A DNA stretch of 50,804 bases from an uncultured Planctomycetia bacterium (GTDB lineage Bacteria; Omnitrophota; Gorgyraeia; Velamenicoccales; JABMQK01), in contig CAZFPS010000002.1 in the NCBI GenBank assembly GCA_964520705.1, forward strand, positions 1-50,804, read 5' to 3'. Both the position numbers and the translations under genes were made by a program. The first letter of the stretch is position 1. Each line of letters begins with the position of its first letter. The notes beneath the pieces are model-generated. The model saw only the letters and a list, made by a program, of their open reading frames with translations, did not search any database and was not told the DNA's origin. Shown one piece after another: positions 28,601 through 40,600 of this stretch.

Positions 28601-31600
28601 CTGGAGCGCGATACGCGCCCAAGAGAAGAAGAGGAATACAAGGATAAAGAAAAAAGAGGCAGGTCGTTATCAACCATGGTGGTATTAAATGATTTTACTG
28701 AAAAGCAATTCCAAGAGATTAATGAGGCTGCAAGAATATTTATTTCTGAAGGCAAGTTTATTTGGCAAAGAGATACTGATTGTTTATATGTTAAAAATGC
28801 GCTAAATCAGAGCTTAATTGATATCACATCATTTAAGGCTGCCATCTTTGATCTGGATGGCGTGCTTGCAATAGTTAACCATTTGCATTATCTTTCCTGG
28901 AAGATGATATTTGAAGAAGGTTTGCTCCTCGGAAAAGAACTTACCAGGGAGGATTATAGAGAATACTTGAGCGAATATGTAAGACATGACGGCTGCCTGA
29001 ATATGTTGAAGCAAGGACCAAATACAAAAGAGAAATTTTCAAAGTTAGCCAGTTACATTCATCCTGAGATAAATAAACAGGAATATAGATCTTTGCCAGA
29101 GGATATCAAGAAGCTTATACAAGAAATAAAGTTTTTAGCTGATAAAAAAGATGAGTATCTTAATCATTTGTTGGAAGAGAGAAAAGAAGAAATAAAGGCT
29201 TTACCAGGGGTACGAGAGCTGTTGGGTTATTTTAGAGACAGGGGGGTGAAATTAGCCGTCGCCACGGTTAGTAAAACCGCAATTCATATATTAAAGCTTC
29301 TGGAATTGGATGCATTATTTGACGTTATTATTACCGGGAATGATATCGGTCATTTTAGCAGTTATCTAAAGAAGAATATCGAAGGTAAGCCATTACCGGA
29401 TATCTTCCTTGAGGCAGCAGCTCGTTTAGGGCTTCAGCCTCAGGAATGCATAGGTTTTGAAGATACAAGTAAAGGAGTTGCTTCCCTTAAAAGTGCAAAT
29501 ATATTTACCATCGGGATAGACCCAGATGTCAAGGGGTTGCTTTCTCATGCAGATTTGGTAGTTAGAAATTTAGAGGAGTTAATAATTGCATGTCGCATTA
29601 GAGTTAAAGATCCTTCCTGTCCATTCCCGGGGCAACCATTGCCTTCCCCTGAAGCAGTAAAGAAAGAGGTCTTAAGGTATAATATCGGGAAGCTTGATAT
29701 TATTGCCGCTGATTCTTATGAAATCACGCAAGCTGTAGCCTATTTGTGTCATATAAATGAAATGGCTATGGCCTGCTACTTAGAATACTTAGCCAATGTG
29801 GGTTTAATTCGGGCAGGTCCATTCAAAGGATTCTTAGCTACTACTTATACGGATGGTCAGGCTGATGAATATATTCTTTTATCCAATTTTTATTCTGAAT
29901 ACAACATTCCTCTTCAGTTATCCGCTTCTTTAGTACATGAAATAGGCGCAACTTTTAAATTCCATAATACCCATCAGGAAAACAAACAAAGAGAAGATTT
30001 ATTCAGATTGCTTATACGCTTAGCTAAGATTAAGCCAGAAGATGAATTTCATGATTATACTGAACACATGCTCGGTGATCTGCAAAGCAAAGTAGGTGAT
30101 TATCAAGAAGCAAGGCATTATATAGAGTTAAGCTCTTCACCAGCGGATAATAAAGATTATTTAAATTTTATTAGACTTATCAAGTCTTTAGCCGATAAAG
30201 GGATATCTCCGGTAGTGATAGCAGATATGGATGAAACACTGACTCCTTCTCGCAGCATAATTAGTAAAGAGGTTGTCCAAGGCATGATAGGGATTCTATC
30301 TATAGGAAGACAATTTGTAATCCTTTCAAGTTCCGATAAAGCAGCAGTTGAGAAACAAATATTAAGCGAGTTTTTACCATTAGTTTCCAATAAGAATATC
30401 TTAATAAATCTTTATTTATTTGTTAACGCTGGCGCAGAGGCTTACAGGTATAATTTAAAAGAAGATAAGTTTGAACAAATATATAAGCTTGATTTAGCTT
30501 TTGAGCTAGGAGTAAGCGCGATAGCAAGCATTGAGCGGATTATCTTTGAAACAGTGGATAAATTTAATATTAAAGCCATAAGGGGAGAGTTTATAGATAA
30601 TAGGGGTGGGCAGATTACCTTTTTGGTAATTGGTAAAGACGCTACAAAAGAAGATAAACATCAATATAATGTCGATGGGGGGAGAACGAAGAGAGAATTG
30701 TACGCCGGGTATATCAACCAAAGATTAAAAGAAGAACAGTTTAATACGGTTGAAGCTAAAGTTGGCGGGACGACTTCGATAGATATCGGTTTGATAAATG
30801 CAAAAGGCAACGCCATAGATAAGATTATTAAAATGTTAAATATCAAAAGAAGTTCAGTTATTTACTTTGGGGATTCTTTTGATTTATCTGGAAATGATAC
30901 TCCGGTAATAGAGAAAGTAAATTATATAGTCAACGCTGGGCCGCATATTCTTAAAGTATCCAATGATAAGAAGGTGTTTACTCCCGCAATAATTGGTCCT
31001 GAAGGAATAATAGAATATTTAGCTGTTCTCGGCAGGGTTTCAAAGGAAAATACGTCTTCAAAATCAGCATCCCCCGTTTTAGATAAGAAAAATGATATGT
31101 TAGCTATAGGGGTAGATTTGGGGGGGACTAAAATTTCGGCTGCGGCAGTTAATGCCCGCGGTAAGCTGATAAGAGATTCGTATACGGTGATACCAACAGA
31201 TGCCAAGCTCGGAAAAGATAGAATAATAGACAACATATTACTGCAGATCAATAAATCTCTTGGGGTGAGCGCAATTGTATTATCGCAAATAAAAGGGATA
31301 GGAATTGCCGCCCCTGGAATTTTAGATCCCGCGTTAGGAGTGATCAAGAAAGCCAATCACCTCCCTGGTTTTATAGATTTAAATTTGAAGGATATTATTG
31401 AACAGGAGTTAAAACACAGGTATGGGGCATACTGGCCGGTGTTCATCCAGTACGATGCGACTGCTGCTGCTTTAGGGGAGGCGGTTTTCGGAGTCGGGAA
31501 AAAGTTCAGGGATTTCTATTATATGTCAATAGGCACCGGCATAGGCTCCGGGATAATTCGTAACCGGATGCTATTGAGCAAGGAAGAGGGAAATGATTTT

Positions 31601-34600
31601 CATATAAAAGAGTCTGGCTATATGTTGGGCATCGATCCGGTGAGGCCGGATGTGAAATTAACAAATTTAGCCTCCGGATCAGCAATGATACACGATATTC
31701 AGCAGGCCATCAAGGAAGGGAGGGTAAGCGCATTTAGCGATACTAACGAAGGCCGTAGGATAAACAGTGATAATATTATAAGAGATGGGGCTAAAAGCAA
31801 AGATGAAGTCATATTGCAAATTATCAGGAGGTCGGCAAGGTATATCGGGTTGGCCTTATCTTCACTGATCGAAGAATATAGTGAAGAAATATTTATGCTC
31901 GGAGGCGGAGTAGTCAAGCTTGGTAATATTTATATTAAAGAGATAAGAAAGACTATGGAGGAAAGAAAGCCCGGATTTAACATCAATAATATACAATCTA
32001 CAAGATTATTCGATAAGGCCGGTATTTTAGGCGCGGTATTATTTATCCCTGGTTTTATAGATAAAGGCTTAATAAATTATTCCAGTTCTCCTGTAATATC
32101 GATGAAATCCGATTTAATTTTGCCTATTGGAAAGCAAAAGATGTATAGCAGAAATAAATCTTCCAGCTCACCAGCGGAGAAAAATTTTTATACTGAAAGG
32201 AAAACGGTTTCAGACCAGCGCGGAATACAGGATAGCCAAATATTTGAAGTTACATTCGATAAGGGAGATATAGGTAGAATAACTTTCAAAATAAATATCC
32301 CAGTGGGCCTTGATAAGTCACAAAGAATTAAGAAAATGGCTGTGCAGATTTATAACCGCTTAATGGTTAATCTATCGCATGAGATTATTGTCCGGTGTTC
32401 CCTTCCTGAATTTGATGAAGTAGTAGAAGCATTTAATAGAATTGACGAGCAGGGCAAGATAAGGGATAGAATAAGGATTATTTTCGGTAAATCCCTGGAA
32501 TTTAAGCATGTTGAATATTCAATTTCTCATTTAGATGTGCCTGATCGCATACTTTGGAGTCTTAAAGAACTTCCAAAGATTACAGAAAACGCATTATTTA
32601 TCGGAATCAATATCGGAAGCACTTATACGCGTTGCTCAGTGATCAGGGGAGATAAGGTATTGGTTAAGGCAAGTCAAATTCTCTGGAATTCTGAAAGAGG
32701 AACCCAGAATTGGGCGCGGCCTGCAACATATGCACAATTTGTTGAAGGCATTGAGCAGTTTATACGTACAACATTGGCAGGAGAAAACATAGATATAAAT
32801 GAGGTAAAAGGCATAGGTATCGGCACAGTGGGTATGGTTAAAGACAACAGTATTGTAACCACGGCAAATGTGACCCGGGGTCTCTGTGATGTTGATTTTT
32901 CTAAAGTTGCATCGCTGAAAGTTGATTTATCAAAGCGTCTTGGCGGAATGCCTGTTTCAATCGAGATGGATAATAAGGTTGCAGCATTAGGTGAACGGTT
33001 TGGCATAGGAGTAAAAAATGCGTTAATTGCAAAACTTGGTACTGCTATGGCAGGGAAAATGATTAATAAGGATGGAGATATCACTGAGAACTATGAAGAA
33101 GTAAGGCAGATTATAATCGACGAATCTTTCGACGCGTTAGTTAATCCGCATACAGGGGTGCGAGGAACGCTGCGTAGTTATGGTACGGCCGAGGCGTTTA
33201 TGAATCTTTCTCAAGAAGTATTAGGTGAACCGCTTAATTATAATCAAGTAGTAGATTTGTTTAATTCAGGAAAAGAACTAGAGGCAGAAGAAGTTTTTGT
33301 GTTAAACGGAAAATATCTTGCTAAAGGCTTTGCTGAGCTGGCGAGTATCTTTGGTAATGAGTGCGTGGTTATATCTGGTAAAAACCTTGAAGGCCGCCCC
33401 GGAGATATTATATTAAGGTCTATTGAAGAAACACTTAAAAAAGAATATTCCGATTTATCCTTAAAGGTAATGATAAGCGATATTGGCGTTGATTACGCCG
33501 TTGCTATAGGCGCGGCATATATGGCAGCTATAGATTATATGCAATCCCGCAAGTATGCCGAATTAAGCAAAATATATGGCCTTAACGAAGTTGAAATAGG
33601 CGATGTGCGTTTAATTGAAGAAAAGCTTGGGGTAACAGTTTTGCCGCGGACCGGCGCTGTAAAGAAATATATGCACCGTCTTATCGGATGCCAATATGAT
33701 ATAAAGAAGAATATCTTTTTGGAGAATACCCTGGTTAAAGAGAATTATTTCCGTCATCTGCGTCGTAATCTTGAAAGCGTTGGTAGGCAAATGCTGTGGA
33801 GGATTATCCATCGTGGTTATTCGAGCAAGCTGGAGAATGTTATCCGTGCAACCAGACAGGCAAATCTTGCTTTAGCGATAGAACAGATCCGTGGATGTAT
33901 CGATACAAGTAAAATACATTATTATGACGCAGCTCTTATTGCCGCATATCGTAAAGCGCTAGATAAGCTATTCGCTAGAGCGATTCGCGACAATGGATAT
34001 TTTGGAAGAGAACGTCTGCATAGCCTTAAGTTCAATATTGAAATATATTGTACGCTTTTACCTGTTTCGTTTTCGCTATTCACAGATATGTATGATTTCA
34101 TCAGGCGTATTTATGATGATTTGTTTGGTCTTGGCTATAATATTCGTATGGTAGAAAAACTGGAAGAGCAGCTGGGTATGCGGCAAAGAGGCAGTAGTTA
34201 TCAACTTCGTTTCTTCAGGCGAGATGATTCTAGTAAACGCTTCTTGGTTCATCCTTATGCAGGATTTATCGCGCCAGAAATTAAGGCTGTATCTCTTAAA
34301 ACAGGAATACGGGCTTTAAATAATAAGATTCTCATCCGATTAAAACAGCATCCTACTAATCCTGTGATAGTAAGAATAGATGGTAGACCGGGTAACCGTA
34401 AATCACATTCCATTTCATTGCTTATAGAAAGTTTGGCAAGGCACGTAAACAAAGATGAGATAGCTTTAATTGAAGTTAATGATTACAAGAAACCGGATCT
34501 TTTCTTATTTGATAGTGACTCTTTTTCTCGTGATTATCAGGCATTATTATCCAGCAAGAAATACAAGGTTATTCTAGTAGAGGGTACCATTATCGAATTG

Positions 34601-37600
34601 TATATGCCTCACCCGTTGCCGATAGGAGATTTTACCGTATACATTGAATCAATAGAACAACGAAGAATGGAGTATCTTTTAAACGGGAACGACAAGGAAC
34701 GTTTAGAATATTTCTTGCAGTATTATCCCTACCATAACATTATTATGCGATATCGCACCGATTATATGCGCCAGATCGCGGATTTCGTTATAGACACATA
34801 CCTTATACCTGAGGAAAATATTACTAATGTTGAAGAATTATGTTCTTCACAGTCTTTACTGTATAAATTAGCATCAGGAGAATATTTTGCTCCTGATAGA
34901 TTAAACCAGGGATTAATTAACGGGGGTTCTGCGGAAAGAATATTTGGCAGCCAAACAGTTATAGCAAAGGCTTTTGCTTGGTTATCTGAGAAACAACTTA
35001 TAGATAGCCAAGATGGGTTACGAGTTAACATTTTTACTTCTAATGGATTCATCTCTGGTTATGATGATAATGGCTTTGGTTTCGCTGAAAGCATTTTTAC
35101 AAATGAAAACCTAAGTATAGAGGAAAAAAATAGCCTTGTTTTGTTTAACCTTTTCCTGTTGTTTAAAAATAGAGAAATAACCATTAAAGGGCTTAATGGA
35201 GAGCCGATTAAGTACAGCATATATAGGGAAACAGTAGCATTGCCTACCCTTGTAAAGGAGCGGAATAATTTATATAATTTAGCATCATTTATTTCCGGAG
35301 TTGAAAAGTTAGGTGGTTCTAATGAACAAATTAGAGAATTCATAGGGTTGAGCATGACCAGTGTTACTGCATGTCCTGCTACCTCTTTAGAAGAAATATT
35401 CCAGTATCTTTCTCATTACCAGCAGAATTTTAGCCAGCCTCTATATGTTGTGCATTTGGTGAATATAAATATGCCGGCAACGATTACAAAAATTATGCAA
35501 GGGTTAACAGCTAAAGTACTTAGTTTTCCCTTCTCCGTTAACAATAGTGAATATGAGGTATTTAATCCTGTAAAATTAAAAGCTGTTATCAGCGATAGGA
35601 GAGTTTTATTGGGAATTCTTGAGGGGCATTTGACGCCTGTTCAGTTTAATAATTTGCAGGCGAGATTTGATTTGGTTCATCCTTACTTAGCGCATGCCCC
35701 TCCGGAAAAACAGGAGCTAGTTATTTATATAACCCCACGGACAAGCCAGACCGCACAAGGAAGAATTATCGCCGAATATATTAAAGACGGTATAAATTAT
35801 CCCAACGTAGTTCAGTTACACCCCATCATTTTAAATAGTAATTTAGGCGCAGAATACCTCAACCATTTCTTTATCGCTGTCCTTTTTGATGAAATCCAGT
35901 TCCACCATTTACTTGGATACGATCAGAAAAATGGGGATATACACACGTTTGGCTTTTTAGAAGCACAACCCACAATTCTAAAAGCAGTCAGCGGTAATAT
36001 TGATGCGTTAGCTAATATGGGAATTATTCCTGATCCTATATGGGGGCAAAAAATCAGTGCAGAGGGATCAAAAGTAGTTTCTGAGTCAAACTATTTTATT
36101 AAAGAATTTTATAGTAGGCTTCAAGGATTGGGGTTGCGTTTTACCTTTGCCACGCTTAGCATAGATTATGATGATATCAATGCAGATTTATCTTATGCTA
36201 CAAAAGGATTTGTAGCGCATCTAGATAAGCATATAACGGTTAACGATAAACATCCGCGTTTTGCTATTAGTATCCTTGGGTTACCCACCGGTCCCTCTGT
36301 GGGTATCGACTTGTTACAGGATTTCTTGGCTTCGATGGTGGAGGCTACGGATGCCATTGGTATCCCGATTGTCGGAGGGCATACCGTTGAAAACTCCGGT
36401 ATAATTTATACCATTGTATTCGTAGAGGTTATAGCTGAATCTAAATTACTCTTAGCGGTTCAGAAAGAAGAAGTTGCTCTTGCTCAAACTGGCAAGTGGG
36501 CATTCAATGAAGATAAGTTAATTACTACTTTCCGAGCGCAAGGGTGTGCCGCGAAATATCCCCCGGATAAACTAGATGAGATTATTAAACATGCGATAAC
36601 AAAGCTTCCATTAAATAATTTCGGTAACATACATGTTAAGGATGATGTTATTCTCTACCATCTTGATGATCAAAGTTCGATTGCTTTTACTGTTGATATT
36701 ATTAAACCCATTGTTAATTCCAGTAAGCTTTTTAGCCGCATTGCCGTGGTACATGCCACAAGCGACTTGTATGCTAAAGGCATATTTCCTGAAGGTTCAA
36801 TTGGAGTAATGTTTACGCCTGCATATATAAAGCCAGCAAGTTTAACCAATATAATACAAGGTGGAAAAGAAGAGATGTCGCGTCTTACAACTACATATCT
36901 CGGGAGTTATTCTGTACCCAACAAAGATTTATTCTATGGTGCCCTTATGTATGGCATATGCGAACGTAGTGCTTATATCAGTAATTCTACTGTTCAGGAA
37001 GGGGACTGGTTAATTCTTACGAAACCTCTAGGGTCAGGGGTTATAGCGAGCTATATGATTATGAAAGGGCTCGAGTTGAGTCCCGAAGAAATTAAGATAT
37101 ATGAGAATATGTTAAGCCACCTTATAGAGCCAAATGACAAGGCATGTTATGCAATGCGTACGATAGGCGCGCATGCTTCTACTGATGTGACTGGTTTTAG
37201 CCTCATCGGGCACCTAAATGAGATGTTGGAGTTGACTGGCTTAGGAGCAGAATTGTGGTTTAATAACATCCCATTTTTACGCAGCGCAGAACAGTTTTAT
37301 TCAGGGGCATTTTCGTGTAGCGTAAACCGTAATATGCATTATTTCTCGGATCTTGTTGAAATCTCCAGAAATGTAGATAGCTATGCTAATGCTGGAAGAA
37401 TAGCTTTGTTGTATGATGCGCAGACCTCTGGAGGCATGCTTATTTCCGCTAGTCCAGAACAGGCGCGAAGGATAATGGAGATCCTTGATAATAATGATAT
37501 AGAAGGTGCGGTTATTGGCCGGGTAACTTCACGCCTTGAACGACCTATCAGAATAGTAGAGAAACCTGATTGTTATATTCCGATTATTTCTTCTTGCGCA

Positions 37601-40600
37601 GAGAAAAAAGGCATGGATTCATCTATTACCTCCAGCTCGCCGGTTGAGAATAGATCCAGCAGTCTGATAAATCTGGAACTTGGTTTACCTATTGCTATAG
37701 TGTCTTCTGCTATAGATGTGAAAGCATTCTCATTAACAGAGGCACTTCATGATATCAAAAATAAGTTTATTGCTGTCAATGGGTTCATGTCTCTTTTTAC
37801 TAGGAAAATGCCCGGGCCAGAAAATGAGTCGTTGATTGTCTTCATGGAATTAGGAGTAAGATTTGAAGATTATCTCAAGAATTATCTTAAAGGAAAGCTG
37901 GGAAGCGAAGTAACATTAGAATATTTGCAGAATAATTTAATGGCGTTTATTGACGCAAGAACGCAACTGGAGAAATGGTTCGCCTTGAATAGGAACAAAC
38001 TGGATACGCGTTCACTAAAGTGGGTAAGTATGGTTATCGAAGATTCCGGAAAAACAATTGATTCTATTCTGTCGCTTTCCTATGTTTGGATGGGGCATTC
38101 CATGAGAGACGCTGATATTATTAAAGAGATAATCGGTTTTTCTGTAGAAAAGTTTAGGCACTTACATCCTAAAACAATTATAAACGTTTATATGGAAAAC
38201 GTGCCGACTACTCCAGTATTTATTTATGCCGATATTTTGAGAGCTGCTTTAGATGAAGCTCTTTATAATGCGTGGAAATACGGCGATAGAATACAAATTG
38301 CTTTAAATGTAAGAGTCATCAAAGGCAATGAATTAGAAGTTAAAGTTTCAAGTTTTGGTGAAGTTTTATCAAGCGAAACCTTGGCAAGAATATTCTTACC
38401 TAGAGAGCGGGGAGAAGCGGTAGAGGCTATTGAAGGCTCGGGTATTGGTTTAGCAGCCATTAAAAGGAATTGTGATCTTATTGGCGGCAAGGCAGTTTTT
38501 GCTAGTACTAGCAATCAAGAAAATATCCTCACTTTAACCACGCCCATGAATGCATCACTGCATACACTGCCTTTTATCAGTCATGTTAGCCCGCATAATC
38601 TTCTTATTGTAATTTCCGGGCTTGCTGGTTCAGGGAGGCGGGTTTCTGCGCGTGCTTTGGCCGGCCGTCTAGGTCTTAGATACATTAATGCCGGATTTTT
38701 GATGAGAGTTTTATTCTATTTCCTTGTGAAGGATAATCCCGGAATTTCCTTAAAAGACGAAGCCACTATTTCACGGTATTTAATTAATTTCTTTCAAGAT
38801 AACAGGATTATCTGGGAAGAGCCTTTAATTATTGACGGTATTAATAGCGCTAAAAGAGGAAATGACGGTACATCTTTGCGGGTAAAAATTAAGTTGGAAG
38901 TCGCTAATCGTATTGAAATGTTTGATGCCTTTGCAAATTTAGATTTTGTGAAAGCAATTCTTCAGAGTCAATTGAACAGAATTGTAGAATATCTTATGCA
39001 TGGATATGCATATAGTGGAATAGTTATTAGGTCTACTGAGCCTTGGCTTGAAGCCGACCTGAATATTATGTTAGATGCGGATACGGAAGTTAGGGGTATC
39101 CGCTTAGGAGAAATCCTTGAAGTAGTTGATAAGCGGGATAAAGAAACAGGAAGGGTTGATTTTGGGCCGCAGCAATTTCCGGAAATTACCGGCATCGAAG
39201 TCATACATAATGACAATATGTCGGCCAGGGATGTTGTAGACAGGATTATTGAATTAATTACGATGTTAAGAAAAGATGTGGAGCAGTTTAATAAGTTAAT
39301 GAATGAATGGACGCTTTTGTATTACAGCAAAGACATGCATACTATTAGGAAGGTTGTTATAGAAGAGATAAAGGATAATTATGGTCAATTATATTTATCC
39401 TTCGGGATGAATCCGTCTTGTATGTTGGAAGATGCGCTGTCTTATTTCGATGATCTCATTCGGGCTATGCCTGATAAGTTTGAGACATACAAAGATAATT
39501 ATAAGGCTGTTCTTGAGAAAGAAAGTCTAGAGCGAGAACGAATAGAACAAGAAGCCGCAAGAATTTATACTTTGTTGTCAAGGCGGAAACAGGAATATTT
39601 AAAGAGAGAATACCTTGTTTTCTTCTCTAAGAATAACCTTGGTTTAGGTCGCTCCAGCTCGCCGGTGGAGGCGAGGGCGCCAAAGGATATTCTTAAGGAT
39701 ATCCTTAAGGCGAGGCAGGAAGCGTATGAGTATTCACGGGAATTATTGAGCCATCAGCAGGATACACCTGCGGTCGGGCCGAATGCTTATAAGGCTATTT
39801 ATAAGGATTCTTTGATGGCGCTTGAGGCAGCGCGGGCTTACTTACAGGAACTCTTAAATTGTCCGCAAGATATATCTTTACAGCTAAAGCAGCTGGATGA
39901 ATTAGGTTTATTGGCTGAACTTCAGTCATCTCAAACCCCGAGTAAAGAGGCCAGCTCGCCGGCGGAAGAGAGGATTGCCGCTTCGACTTATACAAAATAT
40001 AAGATAATTATAACTAGCCGCTTAGGCTTGCATACAAGAGTAGCGGTAGGAATAGCAAAGATAGTTAACGAATCAAATGCCAGTGTAACTATTTATAAAG
40101 GAGATAACAAGGCTAATGCCGAATCTATTATGCAACTTTTGGCACTTGCTGCTGGTTATGGGGATTCTGTAGTAATAGAAGTTAGAGGTAATGAGACATT
40201 GGGTATAGCTAAAAGTATTGAGAGGTTGATTGCAAATGAAGCATTCGCAATCGAAAGTAGAGAGAGTACCGATAGAACAAATATACAAATCAAAGCTTTC
40301 GATAATGGTAGAGCTAATATCATAGTGAAATTCTATAATATAAAAACAAATGTATATGGTTATGCAGAAGGCAGCCATTTTATGGGAAATCGTATTTCCG
40401 AAAATATAAACGCAGGTCCGAAATTATTAAAAGAAAATATACCGGATTTAGAATTTGAAGTGACAAAAGAAGCGGAAGAGGTTTGGGATCATGCAGGCGG
40501 AACAGCTTTCTATGAGAATGTAACTATTCTTTGCCCGGTAAATAGAGTTAATGAAGTAGTAAGGACTATTACTGCTATTTTAGATATTAATGTAAAAGAA

